A stretch of 63,796 nt of DNA, filler included, from Pseudogymnoascus verrucosus (lineage: Eukaryota): assembly GCA_001662655.1 (NCBI GenBank). It is 3 parts of 3 records of this genome, joined end to end, with 100 filler letters (N's around TTAATTAATTAA, not from the genome) between each part and the next. Parts side by side here need not be neighbours in the genome. Positions count along the whole stretch, not along the records: positions 23,381 to 44,288 come from KV460298.1; 2 more parts are not named here. One strand, 5' to 3'. Under the pieces are notes generated by a model. The model ran no database searches and had not been told where the DNA came from. It saw only the letters and a list, made by a program, of their open reading frames with translations. Made by a program: the position numbers and the translations under genes. Of the stretch, positions 28,312 to 39,530 are shown one piece after another. Position 1 is the first letter of the stretch; every line of letters begins with the position of its first letter.

Positions 28312-29962
28312 TTCCCCCCCACCGCCGCGAGATTCAGCCCCACGCTGGGGCAATGGTGTCCATAAATGCAGTACTCGACATCGCAATCCTGGCCATTCAC
28401 GCAGGGATTCAATCGCGTAAGGTAGGCGATGGCTTTGAGCTCCTCCTCGCTGGCTTTGTGTTTGTGCTCGAAGACGCATTCGTCGCCCTTGGGACACGGG
28501 CCGCGGAGGTAGTGGTTATTGCATAGTTTTGTGTTTCCGGCGCGGCGCTTGGTGCGCTCTAGCACGACGGCCGAGATGGTGAGGGTGGGATCTAGACCGC
28601 GGTCTCCGGGGACCCAGTCGTCGAGTTTAGGGTGCGGCGTGACAATGTTGACCGCAGCGGCTGCGGCAGCGGCAGCAGCGCCAGACGTGCCATTCTTGAG
28701 AGTCACGGGGAAAACCATCGGTGGAGGCGTAGTAAGGGGAATGCTAGTAACGCCCGCCCAGGTATTCGGCGGCGTAGGGCTCTGATTGCGACCATTGCCT
28801 ATGGCTTGGAGCTGTGCCGGTGGCAGGCCGCCGTGCGACAGCTGCTGGAATTGGCTATAGGGGGATTGGCGCTCGATGAGCTTGTCGTTGCGGAAGATAT
28901 GGTCAAAGTTTAGGACGCGGGTGCCTGTGGCGGCGAGCTCGCGCACGATGGGGGTCCCCTCGATGATGGAGACGCGGCGGGTGGTGGATTCGTCGCGTAG
29001 GACTTCGTCGAGGAAGGGGGCGTAGCCGGCGTCGTGGGAGACGCCGAGGAGGATTTGTTTGCAGTTGTGGTTTCGGATATTCCATCTTGTGGCCTCTGGG
29101 GAAATGGTTCGTTAGTTAAAGTGTCACACGATCAAGCCCGCCACAGCTGCTGGGCGAGGGGGAGCATGCATTACCTCTAATCTTTGAATCCGCCCTCTCC
29201 TTGCCATGCCCAACATCAATAAAGTCAAATGAGGCCTTGCCCTGCGTAAAGCCTAACGTGAACTCGCGCAGATCATCGGCATTATCCAGTACGCCCACGC
29301 GCTTCATAGCCTTAGCCAGGCCAGAAACATTCGCAAAGATTTTAGCTATAACTTCGACGTCGTCTGATATATTGGGGCATTGTTCCAGGGCGGCGTTTCG
29401 GAGGGCATTGGCTGCCTTTTTACCGCCCTCGAGTCCTTGTCGTATATATTCTTCGTGGAACTGGTGAGGGAAAGATGTCAGCGTTGGATCATGGCTGAGA
29501 CAGGATGAGGCAATGGGGGGTCCTTACAATGGTACCATCACCGTCAATTAACAAAATTATGTAGGGATTTCGGTTCTGTTCTTGTGAGCTAATGGCCGCG
29601 ACCACGGAGGAAGTGTGAGCTGTAGAACCTTCAGAGATTCATTGTCGGTATTATATCGTCCCAGTTGCGCGCTTGTAACACTCAGCTGCTGCTGCATCTC
29701 CCTACGACTACGTCTGGCATCCTCCAAGTCCAGCTGCGCGTCGTCTAGCTCTTTCGAAAGGCGATCGTTCTCGCCGCGGAGGTCGTTTTCGAGTTTATCA
29801 ATGTAGACAAGGAGATCCTGTAGGGGTTGTGCCCGTCAGCGCGCGGTTCGGTCGAGGGTCAAACGGGGGTGGAGTGGCTGGCTGGTAACGAACCTTTATA
29901 AAATTGACAGACTCTTCTTTTTGGGCTTCAATAATGCGATACCGATCAAGGAATTGGGCCAT
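28312..29962 (-). CDS. CCCH-type zinc finger protein, mirror copy (probably the real locus)
   Basis: Reverse complement of 24781-26431, contiguous with the unique sequence to its right. Confidence 0.85.
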
Positions 29963-31265
29963 TGCTCGGCGTATGTGCTCGAGAGTGTCGAACTCCCTCC
30001 TGTGAAGATTTGGTGAATTGGAGACCCGTTTGGATCCTCGCGGTGGTCTATGGACTGTGCTGTGGTCGACTATTTAAGTTTATTATGAACAAATCTCTGT
30101 CAGTCAAACCGCAAACTGTTTCTTCAGGCAGGGAAGATTAAAGATTAAATAGGATATTCGGTGGTGAAGTAATGTTTTTCCAGATGGGGTTTGTGTTGGG
30201 GGAGTAAGAAAGTTGGAATAAGTAACTTTTGGTGTTACGACGAAGGTGACTTTTGCTACTTTTCAGTGACTTTTGTGGTTAACCACGGCCGTCTATCTCA
30301 CGTTAAGCTTGACCAAACCGCTGGCGACACGGATAAGACGACGGGGGGAGCAAACAGAACAGGGATGCGGGCGTCAAACGGTTGAATGTTCAGGGACCTT
30401 TTATGTTTTTTAGTTTTACAGGAGGGGAAAGCAGGTTTATCTATGTATTATTTTTAATTCTCTGTGCTATTTACACCTGTTATTACATTTGCGACTGTAT
30501 TCTAATCCCATACAGTAAATTTGAGGTGCGACGACCAAAAAAAAATATGAAGGAACCTTATCAGACCGCACCTATCTATCTATCTGCCATTACCCGTTCG
30601 GGAACATCAACAACATCAACTCCAACGACGTACAACAGAGCAGATCATGCCCAAACAATAAATACCTTCACCGCAATATACAAACACACAATAACCCATT
30701 CTATTCTAACGCATACTGAGTACTGAGCACCGAAATCTGTTATCTCCACTCTGCTCTGCTGTTGGTTCCACAATCCCGCTGCCTAGAAACCAACCCTGCG
30801 CGGTAAAACCGCTGTTGGAATATACGCGCCAACTACTTACTTCGCGCCGTGTATTAATATCCCCGTTTCACACCCCGCATCCCTGCCTAAACAAACATAC
30901 TAAGTCGGTCATGTGCGCGAAGATCGAATTTGAAAGCCGGTTTAAAGCTCAGGAGTGGGGTTCTGGTCTTAGGCTCGACTGTTTGTGTGGCAGTCATCAT
31001 CAGTATTAGCACAGTGTTAACAACGCCCTCCAAGACTCTAAAATTAACCACAAGCGCCTATTACCAAGGTGTAAAGTTGAACATCCATGTTATTTTTTAT
31101 AAAGTTTTTGCAATCTGGAGTATTACATGTATCAAAGAACAGAAAATCTAAAAGCATACATAATCAAACAATACCAACCCATCCATCCCCAACCAACCCT
31201 AGCCGCCCGCACCCAACACATGTATTATATAAACCCCGTATTAACCCACAACCATCCCAAACACC

Positions 31266-34095
31266 CTACTCCACCCCCGCCATACCGGCCGCAGGGTGAC
31301 TAGCAGGCGGGTCTTTGTGCAGCACATGGTGGCCCTCCCTTTCAATTACCTTCGTCGTTCCATGGCGCGACACTCCACTACCAACATAGGTTTCGTTGCC
31401 AAAGTCAGCTTCATCGGGATTCTCTGTCCCTCCGCTGTAGGCAGCATTACTAGCCTGCGTCTCCTTCCCGCCATAAGCAGCGCTGCTAGACGCTGCTCCA
31501 TTGACGGCAGAGGGGTCATAGGTAGGCGGGTTGCTACCATAGCCACCCTGCGCAGCACTGCCGATTCGAGGATCATTCTCATAGCCACCATACTCAGCAT
31601 CGCGAGTCTGGGCGTCATCACTACCCGCATAGGCGGTGTTATTCTTGTCCTTGTGGGTGTGGGATTTGTGGTTCGACTTTGCCGTCTCCTTGGTAGTAGT
31701 ATGGTTGGTCTTCGACTCCATGTGGTCCGCCTGGTGTGCCGCCTTCGAGCTACGGGGGCTGACTTGGTCGTAGAGGTGATCTTGGGTTGGAGCGCCCTTG
31801 TCTTGGGCGCTCTGAAGGTTGTAGTCTGGGGCTACTCCCTCGTGGGCCTTCGAACCGTTCATTCCACCGGCAGCCACACCTCCCGCGGCAGCTCCGGCGG
31901 CAATGGCGCTGCTGGTAGTAGCTGCTCCATGAGAGCCCGATTTTTGACCCGTTGTTCCACCTTGAGTAGCTCCAGTGCCAGTAGGTGCAGCGTAGGATTC
32001 ATCGATTCCAGTACCACCATATGCCGCCTGGTTAGTCGCAGCACCACCACCACTACCGTACGCACCCTGACCCATTCCACCCCGATCCATAACCTCCTTC
32101 TCGGTAGACCTAGCCCAAGCAGACGAGTCTGCGTTAGCAGCAGAAGCAGCAGAAGCACCAGTCAGCGGCGTTCCATTAGGACCCACAAGCCCACCAGTGA
32201 AAGCCGGTGCATCAGCCGTGCTAGCCATGCGATTGCGATACGCAGGCTCAGTCGTTGGTCCGGTTACCGGCTGTTGTTGTGTACCTGCTGCCGAGCCAAG
32301 GGGTGCTTTGCCAGTGACGTCGGTGTATGGTTTGTTCTGTGCGTCTTTGCTGTGTTTTTTCTTGTCTTTACCTAGGTCTGGATGGGTGTGTTAGTGCTTG
32401 CAATGAGATATGATATGGATGATCTTACGAAGGAACCCTAAGATGCTAGAGCGGCGGCTGGGCTTCTCCTCCTTGGTAGGTTTGGCTGCTTGCTGTTCAG
32501 CCTGCGTAGCATGCTGAGTGCCATAAGCTTGATTTGCCGTCGCAGCAGGTTGGGCGGCATAATCCTGCTCCGCTGTAGTCGGTCTGCCTGCATAGGCTTG
32601 AGCCTGAGAGGGCCGGGCCACATTAGCCTCATTTCTGCGTATAGCCGCTGCCTCCTCGGCGCTGATTCCTGCAGCACCCATGGGCAAGCCGTAGCGAGGA
32701 TCTTTCACTTCCTTGCCATAGTCATTTCCAGGAGGAACGTCGACATCACCATACTTGGCTGCTGTGGGCTTAGCCGCGTATGCAGATTCGTCGAGTCTTT
32801 CGGCTGGGGCTGGAGCTGGAGCCGCCTTGGGCGCAGCTTTCTTGGCAGATTTATCGGCTTTGTGAGTTGTAGTAGCTTCCTCGGCATTTGACACTCGAGA
32901 CGTCCTGTATGCGGGGTCGTCGACATCGCGAGGCTGTGCCCTGTCTGTCTTCGTGCCCTCATAACCAGCATCTGCCACGGCAGCACCAGCCACGCCAGCT
33001 CCCACTACCCCCGCGCCTTTGTGACTCGGTTGTTGCTCACCACTAAGGGCGCGGTCAGCCTCAGACTTCGTCGTCGAAACCTGAGGCTGTCCCTGGTCTC
33101 CGTAGCTCGTACCAGCCTGGGGTTTGTAGTTCAGCCCATAATCCTCAGCCGCTTTCGGGTCCAGATATTTCGTGCCATTAGGCAAGGTGACGCTAGCAAC
33201 ACGTGGTTCTCTTTCATGGAATTTGTCAGCTGTATATGCGCCACCGCCGCCGGGGGTATGTTCATACGCGCTCTCCGACGTCTTAACGCCTTCTCCATGG
33301 TTCGGATCGATTATGCTCGCCAGGCGAGTTCGATACTGGCCATTGGGTGTTCGTTCCACCGTATGGTGGCCCGATAATGTCCTTCCCACCACTTCGCCAT
33401 GAGGTGAGTCCGTCTCCAGGGGCACTACTGTGGCACCTTTCTTCGTAGTGCCTGCTTCTGTTACGCCTGCCGCACCTGCCGCACCTGCCGCGCCAACAGC
33501 TCCAGCAGCAGCAGCACCGTTGCCGTCACGACCAGCAGCACTCCCATGCGCCTTGGGCTGAACAGGCTTAATAGGCGGCGGGGGGGAATAACCAGCGCCT
33601 ATGGCATCAGCTTGAGCATTGTGTGTTGCTATCGTGGACTCTTCAGCGCCTCCACCAAGCCGGGGATCAACAGCCTGCTGCGTGTAAGGATTGCGGCTCT
33701 CTTTGTGTTCGCCAGATCGCGATTTGCGGTGGCCGTTTCTCTTCTCCGTCGAAGATGACTCCCTCGCCATCTTGGATTTCGCAGCCCGTTCTTTCTCGGC
33801 TGCAAGGTATTCATCTCCGGTCTTACCGTAATCCTGTGCGGTTGAGGGTTGGCTGGGGATGGAGTCCCGCTCCCTGTTATAGATTTGAGGTTGGTTACCG
33901 GCTTGGCTATAGTAACCACCTGTCGAGCCTGGTACCTCGCGGCCAGTATGCTCATATTGGCCGCCGCCACCAGACCCATACAGGATCTCATCCTCGACAT
34001 GCTTGCCGGGACTCCTGGGAAGCGCATTAGATGGTGCAGAACTGAAGGGCAGAAGGGTAGTATCATTCTCACAAGATGCTCTTGATTTTTTCCAT
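31266..34095 (-). CDS. Large Gly/Ala/Thr-rich hydrophilic low-complexity protein (~900 aa)
   Basis: Exons 34095-34073 (MEKIKSIL), 34014-32429 and 32371-31266. Introns 34072-34015 and 32428-32372 join the 459-aa and 320-aa ORFs in frame. The protein ends HHVLHKDPPASHPAAGMAGVE. Confidence 0.8.
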
Positions 34096-35116
34096 GATTA
34101 ATACCGTTTCAGATGCTGTTGGGTTGTCAAGGATGTTGGGAAGGAGAAAAGAGAGGCCAGGGGTAGTGAGAGAGGGGGATGGTAATATCGGGAAGGACGG
34201 CAATAAATGGTAAGGTAAGAGAGGGCAGCTAGTTATTCATCACCTTGTAGACTACGTAACCAAGGGAAGGCAAGTGAAGCCTTACCAAGGGAATGTCTCA
34301 CATATCTAGATTCCAAGCAAGAATGATGATGCATTGATATCGTCAGCGGTTCCCCACAATCCGGTAGATTCCCCTATATTCCCCTATATCCCCTACCTTT
34401 AGCATACTTTACGCCAATCCAGGTGTACCGGGTTCAAATGGATTCCAGTGGGATGGTCCGGATCCAGTCTTGTGAGAACGGCCTAACCACGTTCTCGTCC
34501 AAGAATTTCAGGGCGAGCTGAGATAGGGAAGATAGCTTTTTGAAGGGTTAGTGTACTGGCTGGACGGGCTGAACTTTTTGATGGTAGACGTCATAACCCC
34601 TCCCGTTGTTTCTGTTCGTAGCAGGTATTCTGCCACCGCCTTGAGCTTGGAACCAGGTCTCCTTATGTAAGCATATTTTTTTTCACACACAAATAGAATT
34701 GATATCACGTGCACCGAGGCACTCGTGAACCCAGGGACAACTCTGTAGAGTATACCATCGTATGGCGGCAATTGCTCAAATCCAGTATAAAGTATGGATT
34801 TATTGATATTAAAATTCGAATCTACAGACTCATAAGCACCACAATCTTCTGTCTACCATATACGTACCGCTCTGCTGATAAAAAAGAACCGCTTCTTTTC
34901 CTTCCCTGGGTTGTTGAAGCCCGTGATAAGAACGCCAAACGCTGGACGTACAAGTTGATATCTCTCGCCCCTTTGCCCATTATAACGCCGCGAAAATATC
35001 ATGCAGCGCTGTAGACATACACCTCGTGCGAAACATCTATGCCGCTTCTTTCATCTCTCTCTCGTCTCTCTGTAGTAGGCCCGTCTCCTTCCCCTCATTA
35101 AATCAGAATCAAGCGC

Positions 35117-36397
35117 CTACTCTTCCTGCGCCCACCGTCTCTCCCGCAGCGGCATCTCCTCCCCCTTCTTCTCTCTCGTCCCCTCCGTCTCTCCCCTCCA
35201 GGCGTAGTACTCTCCCAGCCTCACCTCGGCGTAAGATGCGTAGTCGAAATCGATTTGCGAGATGACCGACTGGATGATAGCCCAGATGCCCCAGTACAGT
35301 CCCGGGACACCACGGAACAAATCCACGCTCTCAAACAGCGCCTGCGCCTCGGTCTCCAACTCCTCGCTGGTCTTGGCAACATTGAGGTGTGCAAAGTAGC
35401 TCGCGACATACTCGCGGATGAAGTCGCGGCGCTGCGTGCGGGTAGGCAAGACGCTGAAGTCGCAGTCAAACCCTCCCCACTCCGCAAAGTGGTTCGCGAT
35501 ATCAAATGCCGCCGGCGACGGAACCGCATACTCGTAATCAATAAACGACACCGACGTAACCGGTTCCTTCGCCGCCACCCCATTCGCCTCCCCCTTCTTC
35601 GCAGGCTCAACAATCACATTCCCACTCAACAAATCGCAATGCGCGAACACCAGGCTATTCTTCCCCAGTCCCGGCCTATCGCTCAACTCCCTAACCGTCC
35701 GCTCCAGCTCCCCCTGCAACTCCGCCTGGCGCGCCCTCTGCTCCTCCGTCGCAGTCGGCAAGGCGTAAATCCACTTCTGCGTCACCGTCCACACATTCGG
35801 CGCCACCTTCCCCGGCGCAATACCATCGATCTTACGCTGCACCTCTGGATCCCTCCGCTCCGTTGGAACCATCGCCTCCATCGCCTCACTCGCCACCTCT
35901 TCCACCGGCACCCGCGTGTTGGGGAGACACGGCACAACAGCGTGCCACTGCGCCAGACGCCGCGCAACAGCCGTGTACACGTCCTTGTTCCTCAGATCCC
36001 CCGGCGCAGTCACAGAGCCAGAGATGTACCTATACACCATCCCATTGTTGAAGCGGGCGAGCAGCTGCGGCGCGAGGCTGTGTCCCATCAGCAACTCATG
36101 ATTCTGCGTCTCGCGCTCCCTGTCGATGATGAGGTCTGTGCCTTTCCCATACGCTCGGAGAAGCACCGCGCTGTCGTCAATTTCCTGCTTGGACAAGCCG
36201 GGGCGCACATTCATTGCCTTGAGGAGGGTATTCGTGATTCCATCCGTGAAGCGGACGAATTCGATTTTGCCGTCCGTCTTCTCCCACTCGGGGAAGACGG
36301 AGAGGATGAGGCGGAGGGCGGAGGACTGCGAGTCCGACGGCGAGTAGGTGAGGGGGATGAAGCGCACGGTCGAGGTGCTGTGCTTGCGGGACACCAT
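35117..36397 (-). CDS. eki1: Ethanolamine kinase (choline/ethanolamine kinase family)
   Basis: Motifs FTDGITNTL, LLRAYGKGT, IDRERE, Brenner motif FAHCDLLSGNVI, FIDYEY and AFDIANHFAEWGG. Likely start MVSRKH at 36397. Confidence 0.92.
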   Translation of the reverse strand: MVSRKHSTSTVRFIPLTYSPSDSQSSALRLILSVFPEWEKTDGKIEFVRFTDGITNTLLKAMNVRPGLSKQEIDDSAVLLRAYGKGTDLIIDRERETQNHELLMGHSLAPQLLARFNNGMVYRYISGSVTAPGDLRNKDVYTAVARRLAQWHAVVPCLPNTRVPVEEVASEAMEAMVPTERRDPEVQRKIDGIAPGKVAPNVWTVTQKWIYALPTATEEQRARQAELQGELERTVRELSDRPGLGKNSLVFAHCDLLSGNVIVEPAKKGEANGVAAKEPVTSVSFIDYEYAVPSPAAFDIANHFAEWGGFDCDFSVLPTRTQRRDFIREYVASYFAHLNVAKTSEELETEAQALFESVDLFRGVPGLYWGIWAIIQSVISQIDFDYASYAEVRLGEYYAWRGETEGTREKKGEEMPLRERRWAQEE

Positions 36398-37009
36398 GGT
36401 GGTGGGGTGTCGGTGTCCGGTTGCGCGGACTGGGAGGGTCGGTTCAGGAGGTGTGTTTATATACAGGCGATTGATCTGGGAGTCTGTAGTCTTACGAAGG
36501 AGTGTCAGTAACTCATGCCACGGCCGATCGCCAGCCAAGGGAGAGTGCAACCTGAGAGGTTTGACGTCGGGAATCGCCAAGGTGGAGTACACGTACTCGC
36601 CTCTCTCACAACAAGCTTGTTTCACTCAGACAAGGTATGTGGAATCTATCTCTCTGCGCTTCTCTCTCTCTATTGCTGAACCAATATATAGGGATAATGG
36701 AGAGACAAAAGCTGGTGGCCGAGGGAGCGAAAAGCGTACTTTATAGGTTGGTAGTGGAAAGTTAGGAGTTGTTATCGCAAGAAACCCCCACAAAGCAATG
36801 TCAACCAGGACAAGTTTACGTTCCCTTTTCCATCCGACAAATAATGTCGCGTGCCCCCCTCACCGTCCATTGTCGCTAACCTCTAGCGGGGTGAGGCAAG
36901 CCTTATTTAGGCATGGCGCCGCGTGGATTAGCCCGTTAAATCCGTTAACAGCTAGCGAGAACTTTGTTATTCGAGGACGAACAGAAACGAGCACGTGCGT
37001 AAGTGCATA

Positions 37010-37790
37010 GAATTGTAATTGTGCCATTTCTTAAACTAACTAAGCTTAAGTAGCTAGCCCTTAAGTATCTAGAGCACTGTTATACTAGAAAGGCATGTTA
37101 AAGTTGTTAATATAATGTTTATAATAGTCCTTCTAATCTTCCTTACTAGTTATCTACTAGCTATACTAGAAGTAGAATTTAATAAAGCTAGAATGTTTAT
37201 ACTTGTAAGGCTAAGCGGAATAGAGTGGATAAGCGTAGGAAGCGTAGGTTACGTTCTAAGGTGGTGGTGTTGAAATATAAGCACAAAAGCGACAGTAAGA
37301 GCGATAAAAATGGCGACAATGATGATGCTTCTGTAGGGTCTTTAGATGCAGATGATAGTTCTATTGAGTTTATACTATAGTTCTATATAAACTCTATGCT
37401 ATTGCTACCTATGGTTGTAGAATTCTTTAAGTATATAACATACACGACAAACTCATTCGTCTGTCGCAAACTCATTTGTCTGTCGCCACCTACTCGCTTC
37501 GCTCGTAGGTGGACCCGCCGAGTAATATCTACCATTCGCCTACTAAAAAAAATAGATGGTGTCTATTTCTAACAAAAATCGTCCTAGGTAACAGAATCTA
37601 GGACCACCACCTTTGATCAACAATATCTTCTACTACAACGTCCGTATATGAAAACGGAAGAGTGCATTTTACTATTTACGCCCTAACCTATATACTTAGC
37701 TAAAAATATGAGTCGGACCCTTTAGCCGATTTCACCCTTCAAGTGCGCCGCGTGCTTATGGACCACGTTATAAGTTATAACTAACCTATA
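37010..37790. mobile_element. AT-rich RIP-degenerated repeat remnant at the core/accessory boundary
   Basis: Abrupt TpA enrichment and no ORFs. Contains a 19-bp direct repeat (37448-37485) and a hairpin (37486-37512). Confidence 0.5.
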
Positions 37791-37798
37791 CTACTTAC

Positions 37799-39020
37799 TT
37801 ATAGCTCGCGGCCACCATAGACGTATCCATGATCACAGATTACTTTTGCAATCAACTCACTGCCAGGCATGACCGAGCTCGCATCATCCGCCGGAGATAA
37901 CTGCAGAAATTGCTTTTCTGCCAGTGCATCGTACCACCCAAGCCAGCCATGAGGCATCCTAGGCTCAATGTGAAACTCTAAGGATACACCATCCTTCCGG
38001 GCCTCATCCACAAATTTGCAAACATCGGATACCAAGACGTCATTCCCGCCAATAATCACCCATGTAGATGGCAAGACCTGTGACCAACGCAAACCTTTCC
38101 GGGGAGGAGAAGATGCGAAGTTCATAAAATCAGCAAATTTCGAACGACCATCTCCTCCAATGAGCCAGTCGGCGCAGCGGACTAAGTCTCCTTTGTCTAG
38201 GCAATCCTTATACTTGTTCGTTTCAAAGCTCGTGCCTGAGTTCTCGAGATTCGCCCACGGGTAAAGTAAGCCAACTTTCCCCGGTCGCGGAAGACCTTGT
38301 TGCAGTAGGTTGTAAGCCAGTGATAGAGCCAAGTGGCCACCGGCCGACTCTCCCAAGACGAAGACACTGTTTGGGTCAATCTTTTCCTCTTCAATCAAGT
38401 ATTTATACGCAGCAGTCGCCTCGTTAAGCTGCGTTGGAAATTTGGCTTCCGGAGCGAGCGAGTATTCTAATGTGAAGATGTTGATGGAAAGGTTCTGCTC
38501 TGCTGCAAGCTCGGCAATTCGTAGTAAAGGGACAAGTGCGGCAAGTGCAGAGCCGGTGATGTAGGCACCGCCATGAATCCACAACAAGGTAACCTTGGAC
38601 TGAGATAGACACCCCTGGGTTCCATTAATCGACCCTCTGCATACCCAGTATCCCTCGAAATTTGGCCTGGACACTTTCTTGCCCAATTCTGGGTCTGCTT
38701 TTGAGAACCGAAAAGAATTCCGTACAGCAGCGAGGTCATCTCGTTTTGCACGTCTTCGTCGAATTGACAGCGGCATCCAGCCTAAGCTTTGAGAACACAA
38801 CGTCAACCCAAGGTCCCATCAAGAGTAGTTGGGAGGACATTGACTTTCATTACCTTCGGATAACAGCTAGTAGAATGTCATTTTTCAGACTGTAGTCACT
38901 GGATTTCCTCAAACGCCTAGCGAAGCATAACACAACTATGCCGGGGAGAGTAATAGCCAGACGGAGAGCACTAACTATCGTTAGAAGCAGCGACGTATCC
39001 TTGGGGCTAGTGAGGGCCAT
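37799..39020 (-). CDS. Alpha/beta hydrolase, HSL family (Say1/Mug180-like esterase)
   Basis: Exon 1 (39020-38854) has a hydrophobic N-terminal segment; intron ~38853-38787. Motifs HGGAY, YSLAPE, GESAGG, GGNDVL and MPHGW. Confidence 0.88.
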
Positions 39021-39176
39021 TTGGTTTTTTCTCATTAATCCCGTAGTCGCACTTGAATATATCTGGGTTTCGACACACTCCAAATACAATATGGGAGTGT
39101 ACATGTAGAAAAAGGAGCATGTAGCAAATGACCGAATGATTGGCCCAACATCTCCCCACCGGCACCCCGCTATTGT

Positions 39177-39200
39177 CCGGCCGCCGGTCACTGCGCCGGT
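39177..39200. promoter_or_regulatory. Shared CCGG-rich promoter motif, copy 1 (hydrolase promoter)
   Basis: CCGGCCGCCGGTC-actgcg-CCGGT, 157-180 bp upstream of the ATG at 39020. Confidence 0.6.
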
Positions 39201-39530
39201 TGAGGTTCTAGGCCGAAGGTTCGTATGATCTGGCCGGTTGCCGGTATTATGCAAATATATTATTCAATGCACTAATGAACTCACGCAGGCAAAGAAAGTA
39301 CTCGACTTTGGCAGATGGGATGCTCAAGGTGGACAGTGAAGGGAAGAGCCACAGCCGGTTGGGGTCAGGGTTCTGTATGTTTTACACACATTTATGTGTT
39401 TCGGGGATACAGTATACGATTGCTGTACACGGCAAAATTGACAATGTCTCGCATTTCTATCTAGAATTAAACGCACAGGTGTGAATCCTTCAAGATGACG
39501 TCGAAATTTCTCGCCCCAGCCGGGTGATTA

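Larger units (their letters stand above)
23381..31362. repeat. ~8-kb inverted duplication (arms 23381-27370 and 27373-31362)
   Basis: The ORF track is mirrored, with coordinates summing to 54743. The centre is 'nn' at 27371-27372 and the 100-N gap is itself mirrored. Confidence 0.97.

Noticed and set aside
31296..36511. Long + strand ORFs (31296-32375, 35255-36511) and similar shadow ORFs over GC-rich genes
   Set aside because: They are antisense shadows of real genes caused by codon bias and have no recognisable motifs.
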